The notes beneath the pieces are model-generated. The model had not been told where the DNA came from. It saw nothing but the letters and a program-made list of their open reading frames with translations, and did no database searches. 64,000 nt of DNA from Octopus sinensis (Eukaryota), in the NCBI RefSeq assembly GCF_006345805.1, contig NC_042997.1, positions 187,922,001-187,986,000 on the forward strand. Reading direction: 5' to 3'. Shown here piece after piece: positions 23,736 to 37,699 of the stretch. How positions within the stretch are numbered: position 1 is the stretch's first letter; every line of letters begins with the position of its first letter. The translations under genes were made by a program, and so were the position numbers.

Positions 23736-26700
23736 AACGAGTAAACTTGTAATTATTGATGTTTTTGTTTAAACACTTCTCTAGAGTTACTGAATTATTT
23801 TCTGTTGGTTACCACAATCAAAACTATCATCACCATCATTTTCATCTCCCTGCACCTACCTCTATGGTAACCTTTTACAGTGATGGTCTGAATGAAAATT
23901 TTTACTAATTTCTTGGTTTTTTAAATACATATTTACTAGCAGTTCTCATATACATTCATACAAGTTCCTGGGGATATCAGAAAATATTGCTTACAAAAAC
24001 TGAGAAGACAGACAGCTTTCCATCTTCCTCGGTGCTATTATCAACATTACTATCAAGGGCCATGTATAGATAGCAGCCAAATTCCTTTCAAATTTCACCC
24101 TACTATCTTAAAAAAAAAAGGACATTTTGCATAATGGAGTCTATCAGGAAATAAAATAGGATGAAATGCTTTGATCATAGGCCTTGCTTGATCGGAGCTG
24201 ATCAATACCATCATGATCATTGTTGTCATCTAATAATAGTACAGATTTAATTTTTTGAGATAATTTTTGGTACACTGGTTGTTACTGATACTGAAATATT
24301 TTAGCAAATCTATCACACTTATAATAAATATAGATATAGTATATTTGCTTTGGTTAACACTCATGTTACTGCTGTTTATGCCTTTCAAATTCTTGCTATC
24401 ATCATGTTTACTGCTTGAAAAGAACATGCATTTTTATCCAAATTGATAAAAGAAAAAAGAGAAGTGTTATTTTTAAAAACCCACAATATGAAAATGTAAG
24501 ATCAATGATATTGATTTGCCTAGGAGGTGGGCTATATAAGCCAAATATAGGTTAATTATGGAAGTGTGTCAACAACTACCAATCAACATAGGAAATACTG
24601 TTAGGTGTCAGTTAATAATTGAATAACTATATTTGCTACCATGAAAAAAATTTACTCCATCAATAAAAAAAATTTTTTTAAAGTACAAAAGATACTACTA
24701 TATGTCTCCTTCATCTGAAAGTAAATTACTTGGTGATGCTGTATTTCAAAATAAGTACAAACAATTGGTGCATTGTCCACTTGTAATAAAGATTCAAAAG
24801 TGATAGGAACATAGCTTTATGATTGGTTGGTTAGTTTCAGTCTGGTCTGTAAATATGTAATTTATTAGCTATAACTTTTAGCAAGTGTTGCAATTGGTCA
24901 AGTCAACAGCTGAAAGAACAGTAGCTCTGTATTCAGTTAGTGGTGTTGCATTGTGTCCTTGGCACAGTCAATTCTCAATGGTCCAGCCTACTTAAATGTA
25001 AATAATTATCATATGTACAGTTCTCTGCATTTAACAATAAAGGGGGCAGCTGTATAAAACCGACAGCAGCTTCTGTATTGAACTACAAAGCCTAGTACGG
25101 GTTATTAGTTATATTAGCAGAGACACTGCCAAGAGGGAAGAGTTCTAGTCATTATGGTTAGGATATACATCATAAAGAATGACAGTTATAAAAATATATG
25201 CATCTAATCTAAATTATGGAGTTCTATGTCAGATGATGTTTATTTGGTGTATAACATACATCCATACATGTTGAACATTTTCTCAACATTACAATATAAA
25301 TTTTTGTGCAAAATAAACTTTGGTACTGTCATGTAGTCCCAGATCAGCAGTAGTAATAAGCATTCTAGTCAACAATCCTGTTGTTTGAATATCAGGATCT
25401 ACACTGTTCAATAGAGCCTTTATTTAAGGATGTGATTTGTAAGACATTTGGATGCTAGGTTGATAGACCATGTGTCTACTACCTGATTAACAAAATAGTA
25501 AATAAACTATATTTCTCATTCTCACTTCCCTTTTCTAACCCTCCTTCACTCCTCTATTATTTACGTAAATATTTAGATTTCTAACAAATCTAAAACATAT
25601 AAAAGAACACTGTAAAACTGTATAAAAACAAACATATTATATTCTTAACTAGTGTACATATACCATCAATAACAATGTCAAATATGTTCATCTTAAGTAA
25701 ATGTATTGAAAATCCTTACAAAAGAAACTGAAAATATATACGATTTATTAATGGTTATTGCAAATGTCAGACTAACAGAACATTGACATCTATTAAAAGT
25801 AAAAGGAAGATTGATATCACTGTATGTTAAATTTAACTCTAAGATTAATACCTCCTCTCATTTCTTACTGCCTGTCAATAACTGTCAACATTCAAGGTAC
25901 CCACTATGCACACATATATGCACAAAAGCAGTCTGTACAAATGCATGCACAGCTCATAATACACACACACAAATACACACACAGTCACACAACTTACACT
26001 CCCTCTCAGTCACATATATATATTAACACAAAAGTAAATGAAACTCAGTTCTGACAATGAGAATTCAATTATTCAAACAGTTGAACTGCCCACTCAGTAA
26101 CTTGCATGTAAGCAGCTGAATATTCCACACACAGACATATGTACCTTAACATAACCTTCAGTCAGAACCAGCGTGGCAGTGTGTGAAAAAAAAACGCCTT
26201 TGAATACTGTTCATCTTTTATAGTATTACACAGATACATGTACTCTTATTATAATACTCAGCTAGAAACAGCAAGACAATGTGTAACAGGACTGCAAATC
26301 TGACATACAATACAACCAACAGTTTCCACCTACCCAATTTCACATACAAAGCTCAAAAAACCTGAGTGTGATTGTAGAGTGAACTTCTGAACTAGTCAAC
26401 CCTATTGCATCTACTTAAAAACATAAACACACATAAGAACATGCACACACATCAAGAATTAGCAAAGATTATGTAATATCATAGTACACATAAAAAATTA
26501 TGAAAATTATATGTGATGATGCATTATCAATTGAATAGTTTTGCTTATAAATAACTCTTTATACATATATGGAAATGTGTCTAATGAATAAATCTTCTGG
26601 CAAGTTGAAATATTTTTCAGGAAAATAAAAGACATTTAAAATTTCTATGCTCATTAGTTGCATACAAACAGTATTAGTTGTTGTACAATGAAAAACTAAA

Positions 26701-26999
26701 CACAACAATTACATTGTTGCATTGTGTGTGTGTAGGGGACAAGTATGTGTTTGTGTACATGCATATATATTTTTAAGAGAAATGTTGTGTGTACATACAA
26801 ACACACACACACACACATGTATGTATATGAGAGAGCGAATGCGTAAGAAAGTGTATGTGCCAATATTTATAAATTCCATCCAAATCCATGGTTGCATGAA
26901 AAAATAGATGTTAAATGTTCAAACACACATATATACATCATGTGAGTGTGCATGTGTGTGTGTATACTTACATACACAACAAATGAGATGAAAATGCTC

Positions 27000-28270
27000 A
27001 AATGATCATGGAAGAGGCAGGTGACACAACTACAGTGACAAAATAGCTCTAAGATAAGTCTGGTAAATTGTGAGATTTGGGCTTTGGCATAGACAGACAA
27101 TGAGCAGGTTGTCAAAGTTGGGACACATTTTCATTTCAGTTGTAATCCCAGATACCTATTGGTAGACTTCACCAGCAAAAGAGAGTAGCTAAGGGTGCAC
27201 ATTCTAGGTTGAAGGATGTTACAACAATTGAGTAAGTATTGGACAACCAGGAGATTGTCATTGTGGGAGTGAAAGTATAGAGATTTAATGTCCATGGTTA
27301 AGAAGAGGTGAGAAGAACTAGAATGGAAGGGTAAAAAATAAAAGAATTGAAAAGTCAAAACATATGGTCAAAGTCATGAAAGGGAAACAGGAGGGAAGCA
27401 ACTAAAGGTAAAAGAATGAGGTTGAGGCACTTGGATATCAGTTCAGTTAAGGAGTTACTGGTGGAGACTATGGAGTAACTAGAGCCATGAAAGAAATAGA
27501 CAGTTGAAAGTAACTCTACTCTACAGAGGTCATAACATTGTAGCCTTGCTGTTGTCAGCCAGTTTTGTAACAATGTTATCTCAATGGCAGAGGTTGTCGA
27601 AGGTTGACATTTTGGCTTGAGTAGTGTTGAGGCATTGAAATCTATTGCAGAAGTAAAATTGGTTAACTGTAATGTTACCTGTATTGACAAACAAGTCCAT
27701 ACTGCTGGAGGCTCCTGGACGGATGGCAAACTAGGGCCAAAAAACAATTCTGATTGCTGAGTATTTGCAGAGACGCTTGACAGAGGATGCACAATTTTGT
27801 GCAGTGCAGGAACAGCATGACATCAATGCAAGTTTGAGGTTCATCAGAATAATGTATAAGAAGTGGAATGAGGAGCAAGTGTTCAGCTTTGGAGAGCCAT
27901 GGATCAAGTGATATAGGGACAACAACATGTAGTGGGTCTATATGGGTGCATGTGCAGGTGGTAGGATGTGGGAGGAGTGGCTGAAGTTGTAGGGTGATGG
28001 TGTGGTGGGAGATCATTACGGAAGATATGGCTGGTAGTAGGGTGTCTGGACTAGGACCACAACTGAGTGTGGAACATTGCTGGAGGTGGTGGTGGCAGAG
28101 TGGAGTAGGGAGTAAAGTTTGAAGGGTTTTTCTTTCCAGTGTATGTGAGAAAGTTGAAAAACTGGTGGTTGATATGTAGAATGAAGGGAAGAATAGGCTG
28201 GATGAAGGGTGGGGTGCAAAGACAGGAAAGGAGAATGTAGATCTCAAAGAGTTTGCAATGTAGAATGGAT
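27000..28270 (-). pseudogene. Penelope-like element RT relic (different lineage from the 3-6 kb copies)
   Basis: Minus strand SIVSTSNSLTELISKCLNLILLPLVASL then FLTMDIKSLY. These match the PLE RT motifs RPIVS...PTELIS and DVxSLYTNIP. Confidence 0.75.
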
Positions 28271-28700
28271 ACTGAAGAGGGCTGAATGTATCAGACAAGA
28301 AGATGAGAGAGAATGAGTGAAAACAGATTCATTGGGTATGACTCCTTCATGCATCACCTGGTTAATTATGCAGGTGACTAGGCTATAGCTGACACCACCA
28401 GATATTTTGAGCATCTCTACAGTGATTCTTGATGAGCTGTGGGCTTTCCCTGTTTTCATACCCTTAATAGATTTATCAACCAAGGTACTGTCAAGTTGGA
28501 TAACTGTTCCCTCTGTTGGGTTGGCATTCAGCAGATTCTCATTTTCCCATTCATTCCCTTTATTTGGCAACCTTTCATTGTGGCATCTCCAAACCTCTCT
28601 CTTTGCAGCCTTGTTTAATGCAAGTGAACCATCAGACACATTTCTCTCCTACGACATCACAATTCTCTCTCACACACCGTCTTGCAACACGAAATACCAA
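28270..28700 (-). mobile_element. RTE-type LINE fragment (pre-RT region)
   Basis: ORF 28244-28639 IKGMKTGKA...ITVEMLK...EGVIPN. Confidence 0.8.
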
Positions 28701-28719
28701 GTCTTTAGTCCTCACAACG

Positions 28720-28721
<2 letters not shown>

Positions 28722-28811
<90 letters not shown>

Positions 28812-28841
28812 CACATATATATATACACACATATATATATA
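28722..28841. repeat. (TA)n-rich microsatellite
   Basis: Direct reading. Confidence 0.95.
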
Positions 28842-28848
28842 AAGCACC

Positions 28849-29526
28849 GCCAGCGCCGCCCCAACTGGCTCCTGTGCCGGTGGCACATAAAAAGCACCAT
28901 CCGAACATGGCCGATGCCAGCGCCGCCCCGACTGGCTTCTGTGCCGGTGGCACATAAAAAGCACCATCCGAACGTGGCCGATGCCAGCGCCGCCCCGACT
29001 GGCTCCTGTGCCGGTGGCACATAAAAAGCACCATCCAAACGTGGCCGATGACAGCACCGCCCCGACTGGCTTCTGTGCCGGTGGCACATAAAAAGCACCA
29101 TCCGAACGTGGCCGATGCCAGCGCCGCCCCGACTGGCTCCTGTGCCGGTGGCACATAAAAAGCACCATCCGAACGTGGCCGATGCCAGCACCGCCCCGAC
29201 TGGCTTCTGTGCCGGTGGCACATAAAAAGCACCATCCGAACGTGGCCGTTGCCAGCACCGCCTTAGCTGGCTTCCATGCCGGTGGCACGTTAAAAGTTCC
29301 AACCAATCGTGGCCGATGCGGGAACCCCCTGGCACCTGTGCAGGTGGCACGTAAAAAGCACCCACTACACTCGCGGAGTGGTTGGCGTTAGGAAGGGCAT
29401 CCAGCTGTAGAAACTCTGCCAGATCAGACTGGAGCCTGGTGCAGCCCCTGGCTTCCCAGACCCCGGTCGAACTGTCCAACCCGTGCTAGCGTGGAAAACG
29501 GACGTTAAACGATGATGATGCTGATG

Positions 29527-29527
<1 letters not shown>
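28849..29527 (+). mobile_element. Young RTE-related 3' UTR/SINE: 67-bp VNTR (6 near-perfect and 1-2 diverged units) plus tail ending (GAT)n
   Basis: Unit starts at 28849, 28916, 28983, 29050, 29117, 29184 and 29251. The tail matches the RTE 3' ends at 36170-36335, 39230-39392 and 45470-45620. Confidence 0.92.
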
Positions 29528-29578
<51 letters not shown>

Positions 29579-29594
29579 CATATATCCATCTTAT

Positions 29595-30476
29595 ATATAT
29601 AATCTGAATTGAAAGGTCTCCAAAAATATTTAGAAATCACAGACATGTTTATTGTCAATGATCTTTACAACATTTTCAAGTTAGAACATTTATCGATTTT
29701 TCTACATAATCGCCATTTTAGTCAAGTTATTTTTGTAGGTGCTGGGGAAGTTTTTTTATGCCCATATCATACCTGCTCACCGCCATGTCCTTGAGGAAGA
29801 GTTGAACCTCATCTTTCTCCTCCGCTTCATTGCTGATGCACATTCCAGCCAAATGTTCTTTGAACTTAGGGAACAGGTGGTAGTCAGTCGATTCCAAGTC
29901 TGGACTATAAGGTGGCTTGCCATTTATAGTCTTCTGTGAACATTCATGGGACCCATCTTCCACACACCTTCCAATATTTCAATTTTTCACTCAAAACTCT
30001 ATGAGTGGTTCTTCGGGTAGCCTCTGGAACCGAAATGCTGAGATCATCCAGAATGATCTGCTAATTTTCACACAGGATTTTCTCAACCTTTGTGACGCTC
30101 TCATTAGAAATCGATGGTCACCCGCTTCTTTCTTTGTCATGAAATTCAGTACGACCAGTTTCAAATTCCCTACACCGCCTGCGGATGTCTTTGACATCCA
30201 TGCACGATTCGTTGCATTAATTGGCGATGAATTTCAATCGGTCTAATGCCTTTTGCATTCAAACACCGAATAACTGTGTTAACTTCACACTTGGTGGTAG
30301 TGTCAATCAGGAGCTCCATCAGATACAACCTGCAAGCCAAGACTGAGCATGGCAGCAATGCGTGCGCAGGGGCAGATGTATGCACTACAAACAGAACTAT
30401 GTTGCCAATAGCTGCACGCACAGTTTCCTTGCACCCCTAGCGCTTTGGAGACCTTACATTTGAGATTACCCTCATA
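29595..30476 (-). mobile_element. Internally deleted mariner transposon
   Basis: CEVNTVIRCLNAKGIRPIEIHRQL and PPYSPDLESTDYHLF. TIR remnants AAGGTCTCC / GGAGACCTT. Confidence 0.85.
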
Positions 30477-30599
30477 TATATATATATGCATACACATATA
30501 TAAATACATATACATATGTGTGTGTGTATGTATAACATGCATTGAGCATTACTCTTTCATTTGTCCGATAGATATATATGAAAGAGAAAGACACACATT

Positions 30600-30760
30600 T
30601 GTCATGATTGCATGGTTACTCTACAGCTACATAGTTTCTGGTTCAGTCCCACTGTGTGGCACCTTGGTCAAGAGTCTTCTACTATAGTTCTAGATCAGCC
30701 AGTGCTTTTTGAATGAACTTGGCAGGCAAAACTTTAGGAAACCTGTTGTACATGCATATG
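30600..30760 (+). mobile_element. tRNA-derived SINE
   Basis: GGTTCAGTCCCACTGTGTGGCACCTTGG, as in the other SINE copies. Confidence 0.7.
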
Positions 30761-30974
30761 TGTGTGCATATATTTACATATATGCAAATGCATGTGAATA
30801 TTAGCATTCCATAGTTTCACTAGACAAAGCCAGCCTGTAATATGATGTTTACATGGCTTGTTGAGATTATGATCAGCCACCATACATTTGTAAAGACTTG
30901 TAGAATATTAACAAAATCCTTTGTTTGAAAAACAGGTAAGGATTAGTGACACAAATACATATGAGGAACATATA

Positions 30975-31733
30975 TGAGGTGGTATCAAAAGGTTCTGATA
31001 ACTTATATACCTAAGTTTTAACATCATCTCCTTCGAAATAGTCAGCAATACACCAGTGCCAGTGTTTCTGCCACTTTTGGAATCCAGCCTGGAAGTCATT
31101 TTCCAAAAGCAAGTTGAGGACCTTCTGCAATTCGTTCTTCATCTTGACAAGAGTGTTAAAATGGGGACCTTTGAGCTACATTTTCCCCTTAGGGAAGAGA
31201 TGGAAGTCTACAGTTGATAAATCTGGTGAATAGAGCAGGTGCAGAAGCAATACCAAGTTGTTTTTAGTGAGAAACTCACAAGTAAGGAGAGTTCGATGAC
31301 GGTGCATTGTCGTTGTGAAGAATTGGATTCTTCATGCTTCACAAATCCAGTCACTTTCACCAAGTGCCCTTCCTCATATGCTTCAAAATGTCATTGATTG
31401 TCCTCTGATGATTCTCATGCATAAGCTGATGAATTTTCTCCACATTTCCGGGAGTGACATTTGTGGATCACTCATCGTCTTCCAGGGACATTCTTCCACT
31501 TTTGAAGCACCTGCATCACCCAAAACATTGCATACGCCCCATTGCATCCAACTTCTCATTCATAACAAAAATCACAGACTACAGCACACACATGACCACA
31601 AAAACACAAAATTTACAATTTGCGAAGTAAATACTGAGATGTCAAATGGCACACATAAAGTTCTCACTGCGCACATGACCATGTCTTTGGACATGCTACA
31701 GAACTAGTTTGGGAACATTTTGATACCACCTCA
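30975..31733 (-). mobile_element. Non-autonomous mariner derivative with TIRs and TA TSD
   Basis: TA|TGAGGTGGTATCAAAA ... TTTGATACCACCTCA|TA. Minus strand ILHNDNA motif. Confidence 0.88.
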
Positions 31734-32261
31734 TATTTAAATGGACTTCCCATTAATGTCAGTGCAGGACCTTTAGTTGTTTAATCAAATAACTGCTTTA
31801 ATCTTCCAATTAAATATATGATATAGCTGACTGTACAAAAGATACATGTATACAATGTAGCTGTGTAATCAGTGTACCTTTGAATTGCAGTAACAATTTA
31901 TTTTATGGTCTCACAAACTCTGTTTACCAATATCACTGACAAAGGATGAATCAACCTGTAGTTATGGTAAGATAAACATGCTCAAGATACTTTAGCATGG
32001 AATCAAACCCTGAACCTCAAGATTGCAATGTAAATTTTTTAACCATCCAGCACCAGAAGCATTGTCATGACCTTGCCAAAACACTGCTAAAGAGATAATT
32101 AAACCCTATCCTTTCTCTGCTCATCATTCACCAACTGCTTTACAGAGTGGTGTACTGGAGGTCTTTTAATGTAACACCAGCACTAGCAAGTTTGTTATGT
32201 CCTCAATAAGAGAAGACTAAGGGTATCTCTCAACCCTATACCTTTGTATTCACATACGCAT

Positions 32262-32294
<33 letters not shown>

Positions 32295-32300
32295 CACACA

Positions 32301-32480
32301 CACATAGTTTTATATATACACACATACACACACATAGTTTTATATATACACACATACACACACATAGTTTTATATATACACACATACACACACACAGTTT
32401 TATATATACACACATACACACACACAGTTTTATATATACACACATACACACACACAGTTTTATATATACACACACATACA
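32301..32480. repeat. 30-bp minisatellite, about 6 copies
   Basis: CACATAGTTTTATATATACACACATACACA repeats at 32301, 32331, 32361 and onward, with a CACAG variant in the later copies. Confidence 0.92.
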
Positions 32481-32765
32481 CAATTTTATATATATATATA
32501 TAAATATATATATTATTGGCAGCTGTTTCTTGCACCTAAGAATTTTAATTTTCTCCTGATTAAGTGGTTTCTTCATGTTGAGGTATGGGAATGCCATCCC
32601 TTATGCAAAACAGGAGAGAAGAAAATGACAAGGAAAAGTTGATGGAGAACATGGTTATTATTGTTTCATCTTTCATTCTTTACATTTTTTCTTCAACTTT
32701 TCTTTTACTTTCAAATTCAAAATGATCTGACCCAGTGATGACAGTTAGAACAACTCTGTACTTAA

Positions 32766-33203
32766 CCCTTTTGTTACTGTATTTATTTCGAGAAGCTCTG
32801 TGTTTTATTTTTTATTTTTTTATTTTATCTAGTTTCAGCTCACAAGCTGTGGCCATGCTGGGGCATTACTTTAAATATAACAAAGAATTTTGTAAAATAA
32901 CTTAGTTATCATTCAGCTAGTGTTAGGAACATAAATTGTGACTAAGGTTTGGTGGAAGATTTTAATTCAAAACTTATGAAAACAAGATGCCATATTACAT
33001 AATACATAGAGTGAACTTTTTAAATTCACAGTCAAAATGAAAAGCATTTGATTCCTGCTCCATAAATTTGCTGTCTTTCCAACCTCACTTTATACAGAAA
33101 ATACTGATTAAATAGTTCGAATTCAGAGAGATCTGGGGGAAAAAAAATCAAAACCAATTGTAAGCTAAAAGTGTTTCAAACAGCCGGGTTGGTAACAAAA
33201 GGG
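32766..33203. mobile_element. piggyBac-type MITE with TTAA target duplication
   Basis: TTAA|CCCTTTTGTTAC ... GTAACAAAAGGG|TTAA. A related end lies at about 61195. Confidence 0.85.
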
Positions 33204-33349
33204 TTAAGACTTCCATGCTTGTTTCAGTTCCAACCATTTTGAAGGTTGAGTTTATTTAACCATTGTAATGATGGAAATGATATTGTCATGGTCTTTTCCT
33301 GATGGTTAACTCACTGAAGAGGATTTCATTAACCACATGACCTAACCAT

Positions 33350-33790
33350 TATAGTCAATGTTTCATGATTTGCTTTTTCTGGAACAGCTTTGTTAGTTAT
33401 ATATTCTCCCACCTCATATGGTGTTTAAGATGGTGCAGAGCTTTTGTTGATGAACATGCTCCAGCTTTTTCATCTTGACAATTAAGTGTTCAAGTTTTCA
33501 TATTTGTGTAATACAAGAAACTGAGAATGCAGCAGTTTCTTTTAGATCTTTGTGCTTAAGACTTTTCTAATCAGCTACTTCTTAAGACTTGTTTTACCAG
33601 ATTTCCAATGGTTGATCCATTTCTATGATCTACATCCTTTTCAGAAATATATTTGTTAGAAAATAGATTTCGAAGATAAGAAAAGTGATCAATTCTCTCA
33701 AGAGATGTATCAGAGATTGTAAAGATGGGAATGTTGAAATCAGGATAGACTGATTGGGGTAGACTGATTGAGGACAAGGTGATCATATAT
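33350..33790 (-). mobile_element. Old RTE-type LINE fragment
   Basis: ORF 33571-33786 LERIDHFSYL...EKDVDHR matches the FxYLGS region. Confidence 0.6.
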
Positions 33791-35099
33791 ATACTAGTGA
33801 AGTTGATGGATATACATTGGTGAAGTTTTGATGTGTGTGTGTGTTTGTGTGTGTGATATACAGACAGAGTTGCACTATCATCTGCCTATTGAAGCCCTGG
33901 GATGCATTGGAAGTTGGTTAGTTGAAGAGACTGAAATCTAGCTATGATGGATAGTCCACCATCTGATATGTGTATGTGTCTCAGTATGTAAGTATATACA
34001 TATTAAGTCAGCCCTAATTAGTTCAATACCAATGCATAAGCACAACATGATTAGCTGTGATTATTGTGTTTTGATTTGTATAATTTATAATGTGATGTTA
34101 TTGTTTAACTCCATGTCAGCTCTGATGAAGTGGACCTACTACCAAAGGTAATGCGGCAGTCATCATTCCAATTATTTTTTATGTGCAAGGAACTTAGAAC
34201 CACACTGATGCAATGTGTAGCACTTTTTAAGATAAGGCAATAATTTAAGAGATTTGATTGCTATTTCTAGCAGGTTGAGTGACCACACAAGACTCCCACA
34301 TTAGCCTGTATATTATGATGTAATTATATTATGCATGTGTGTGTGATATTATGTAATATGACAAGATACCTGACATGGTGCATATCATTTGATACATGAT
34401 TGTGAGTACGTGACTGCAAATAAATGTTGCAAATTTATTAAATCAATGTTTATAAGTAAAAAAGAAAATTATATTAATCTGATTTAATCAATGGTCAATC
34501 AAAAGTGTTATCATTACTAAACTAAATTTTTCACTTTGATGTGACAATTGCTAATCTCCACCATAAACACATACCTCATATTAAACCTATTCCATTATTT
34601 AAAATAATCACTGTTGCTACGACAGAGGATAAATGATAAGTCAGCTGATAGGCGGGGTACTTTTTGTGTGTATATGTGAAAGTGTGTGTGTGAGTGTAAC
34701 AATATTAATATCAACCAAAGTTGCTCGTGTATGTGTGTTCGTCACATATACATGAACACCTTAAAAGGGAGGAGCATCTTTTAAAAATCTGAGATTACTT
34801 GGCATGAATTTTTTTTTAAATGCAATGAGTGACTTCAGAAATGAAAAAAATATGTAAACATCATTAGCTAAATCATTTTAAAATGTATGTGATATGATCA
34901 GTTACAAGAATATAAACGTATAACTCTTGACGATGTATGTGCAATTACGAAATCTTTATTCCAAGTGATGTATTCCATCATTAGATTTGTACAAGTGTAT
35001 TTGCGTGTGTCACAGATATACATAAAAATGACCTGTCTGTAAATATATATTTATAACTAATAATTAATGGATATACCTTTGCAAATCGGCTTATTCATG

Positions 35100-35826
35100 T
35101 ATGCTACTACTATATATATAATATATGTATGTATTATATTATATATATGTATGTTTTATATTATATATATATATATGTATTATATTATACCTATGTGTTT
35201 TATATTATATATATATATATGTATTATATTATACCTATGTGTTTTATATTATATATATATATGTATTATATTATACATGTGTTTTATATTATGTGTTTTA
35301 TATGTATTATATTATACATGTGTTTTATATTATGTGTTTTATATGTATTATATTATACATGTGTTTTATATATGTATTATATTATACATATGTGTTTTAT
35401 ATTATATATATATATGTATTATATTATACATGTGTTTTATATTATATATATATGTATTATATTATACATGTGTTTTATATTATATATGTATTGTATTATA
35501 TATATATATGTGTTTTATATTATATATTATATATATTATATATATATTGTGTTTTATATTATATTATATATATTATATTATATATGTGTTTTATATTATA
35601 TATATATATATTATATTATATATGTGTTTTATATTATATATATATGTATTGTATTATATAATATATGTGTTTTATATTATATATATATATATTGTATATA
35701 TATATATATGTTTTATATTATATATATATATATTGTATTATACATATATATATTTTATATTATATATATTATATATATATATATATTATATTATATTATA
35801 TATATATATATATATATATTTTATAT

Positions 35827-35879
<53 letters not shown>

Positions 35880-35948
35880 TGTATTATAAATTATATATAT
35901 ATGTATTGTATTACAAATTATATATATATGTATTATATTATATATATA
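35100..35948. repeat. Large TA-rich compound micro/minisatellite
   Basis: Degenerate units such as TATATTATATATATGTGTTT. This tract is the source of the spurious Y/I/C-rich ORFs. Confidence 0.95.
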
Positions 35949-36515
35949 CGTGCCGGTGGGCACATAAAAAGCACCTTTCAAGCATGATCATTACCAGAGT
36001 CGCCTTACTGGCACTTGTGCCGGTGGCACGTAATCAAAACATTCGAGCGAGGTCATTGCTAGTGCTGCTGGACTGACTCCTGTGCAGGTGGCAAATAAAG
36101 AAACACCATTTCGAGCGTGACCGGAGCCAGTACTGACAGACTGGCCCTCGTGCTGGTGGCACATAAAAGCACCCGTTGCACTCTCAGAGTGGTTGGCATT
36201 AGGAAGGGCATCTGGCTGTGGAAGCCCTGCCAGATTAGATTGGAGCCTGGCGCAGCCATCTGGTTCGCCAATCCTCAGTCAAATCGTCCAACCCAAGCTA
36301 GCATGGAAAGCGGATGTTAAAAGATGATGATGATGACACACACTCTGCTTGAGGAGACCTATTGAGTCAAGTACATCAACATCAAAAGATCAAATGGAAA
36401 TTGTAGTCATGATACCTGTGCTGGTGGCACATAAAAAGCACCATCTGAATGTGGCCGTTGCCAGTGCCTACTTCACTGGCTTCCGTGCTGGTGGCACATA
36501 AAAAGCACCAACTGA
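35949..36515 (+). mobile_element. RTE-related 3' UTR/SINE fragments
   Basis: GTGCCGGTGGCAC-type units, a GGCATC..GCTGT tail and a (GAT)n end at about 36335, followed by a second fragment. Confidence 0.85.
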
Positions 36516-36519
36516 TCTG

Positions 36520-37630
36520 GCACCCAAACCATAAAGGGGGAAGCAGACCAGATGCCAAAAACTATTGCCTATCTCTCTGACTTCACACATCAGCAAAGTC
36601 ATGGAATGGATAGTCAGAGGGAAACTAATCGCATTCTTTGAAGAAAATAATTTGCTCCCGACTAGGTAGAAGCTGCCTGGCCCAGCTCTTACAACATTAT
36701 GACTGGGTATTAAGGCAGTTACTCAACAACTGAAATGTGGATGTAATATACCTTGATTTTGTAAAACCTTTTGACAAAGTGGATCATGGTACGATATGCC
36801 ACAAACTGCGTGATCTTGGCATAGCTGGAAAACTTGGAGAGTGGTTATATGTCTTTCTGGAAGATAGAAGTCAGGCTGTAGGGGCCAATGGAATCACCTC
36901 AATGAAAATACAAATAGTGAGCGGTGTTCCACAGGACACTGTCTTGGGACCACTGCTTTTCATAGTGGCCCTCTCAGATATGCCCTCAACTGCCCTGATA
37001 GCCATCATTGCTAGCTACGCAAATGATATGAAAGTCTCGCGGGAAATACAGAACCCCAGCAATGTTGCACATCGCAGCAGGAGTTGGACTCAATTTACAG
37101 ATGGGCTGAGGATAATAACATGCGGTTCAATGCTGAAAAATTCCAAGCCTTACGCTACCAGCGTCCAAAACTGAATACAAAACTTACAGAGTTCAATCTG
37201 AGAGCCTAAATGAATGAAGGACCTGGGTATTGATATGAGTGATAATACCTGTTTCCAAGTGCACATTGCCAAAGCTACACCAATGCCAGAACGTGTCGAC
37301 ACTGCATAGTGCCAAAGATCCCAGCAAAGCCATCACACTTCAGGACAAGTTACTGCAACAGCCTGGGTTTCAGGGGCCCACAGTTTTTTAATATTCTCCC
37401 AAAGTGCCTGAGGAACTTGCGCAAAGTAGATGTAGGTGTTTTTAGATCAAGGCTGGACATCTTCCTGTCAAGGATCTCAGATGAACCTACCTCACGGCAA
37501 GAGGTGCAAATGAGGGTACCTACATCAAATGAGTTCCACATATTAGGGGAGGCTCTCAGTAATAACAGTGTAGCATAAAGGCGGTGCATCAGCATGGCCA
37601 AAGCTCTGTGCTGAAACTACAGAAAAAAAA
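36520..37630 (+). mobile_element. CR1/L2-type LINE, internally deleted
   Basis: YLDFVKPFDKVDHG, SGVPQDTVLGPLLF, SYANDMK and GPQFFNILP, ending in the CAGCATGGCC tail. Confidence 0.9.
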
Positions 37631-37649
37631 ATATATATATGTATTATAT

Positions 37650-37694
<45 letters not shown>

Positions 37695-37699
37695 GACAG

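Noticed and set aside
28849-28915. HDV-like ribozyme in the 67-bp unit
   Set aside because: Two stems are present, but I could not build the P1.1/P2/P3 nested pseudoknot or the J4/2 catalytic strand.
28849-29317. CRISPR-like array (palindromic repeat at fixed period)
   Set aside because: The whole 67-bp unit repeats with no unique spacers, there are no cas genes, and the unit belongs to an RTE 3' UTR.
28705-29479. 176-255 aa repetitive ORFs
   Set aside because: Antisense translation of the GC-rich VNTR plus (TA)n.
35067-35987. Long Y/I/C-rich ORFs up to 306 aa
   Set aside because: Translation of a TA-rich microsatellite.
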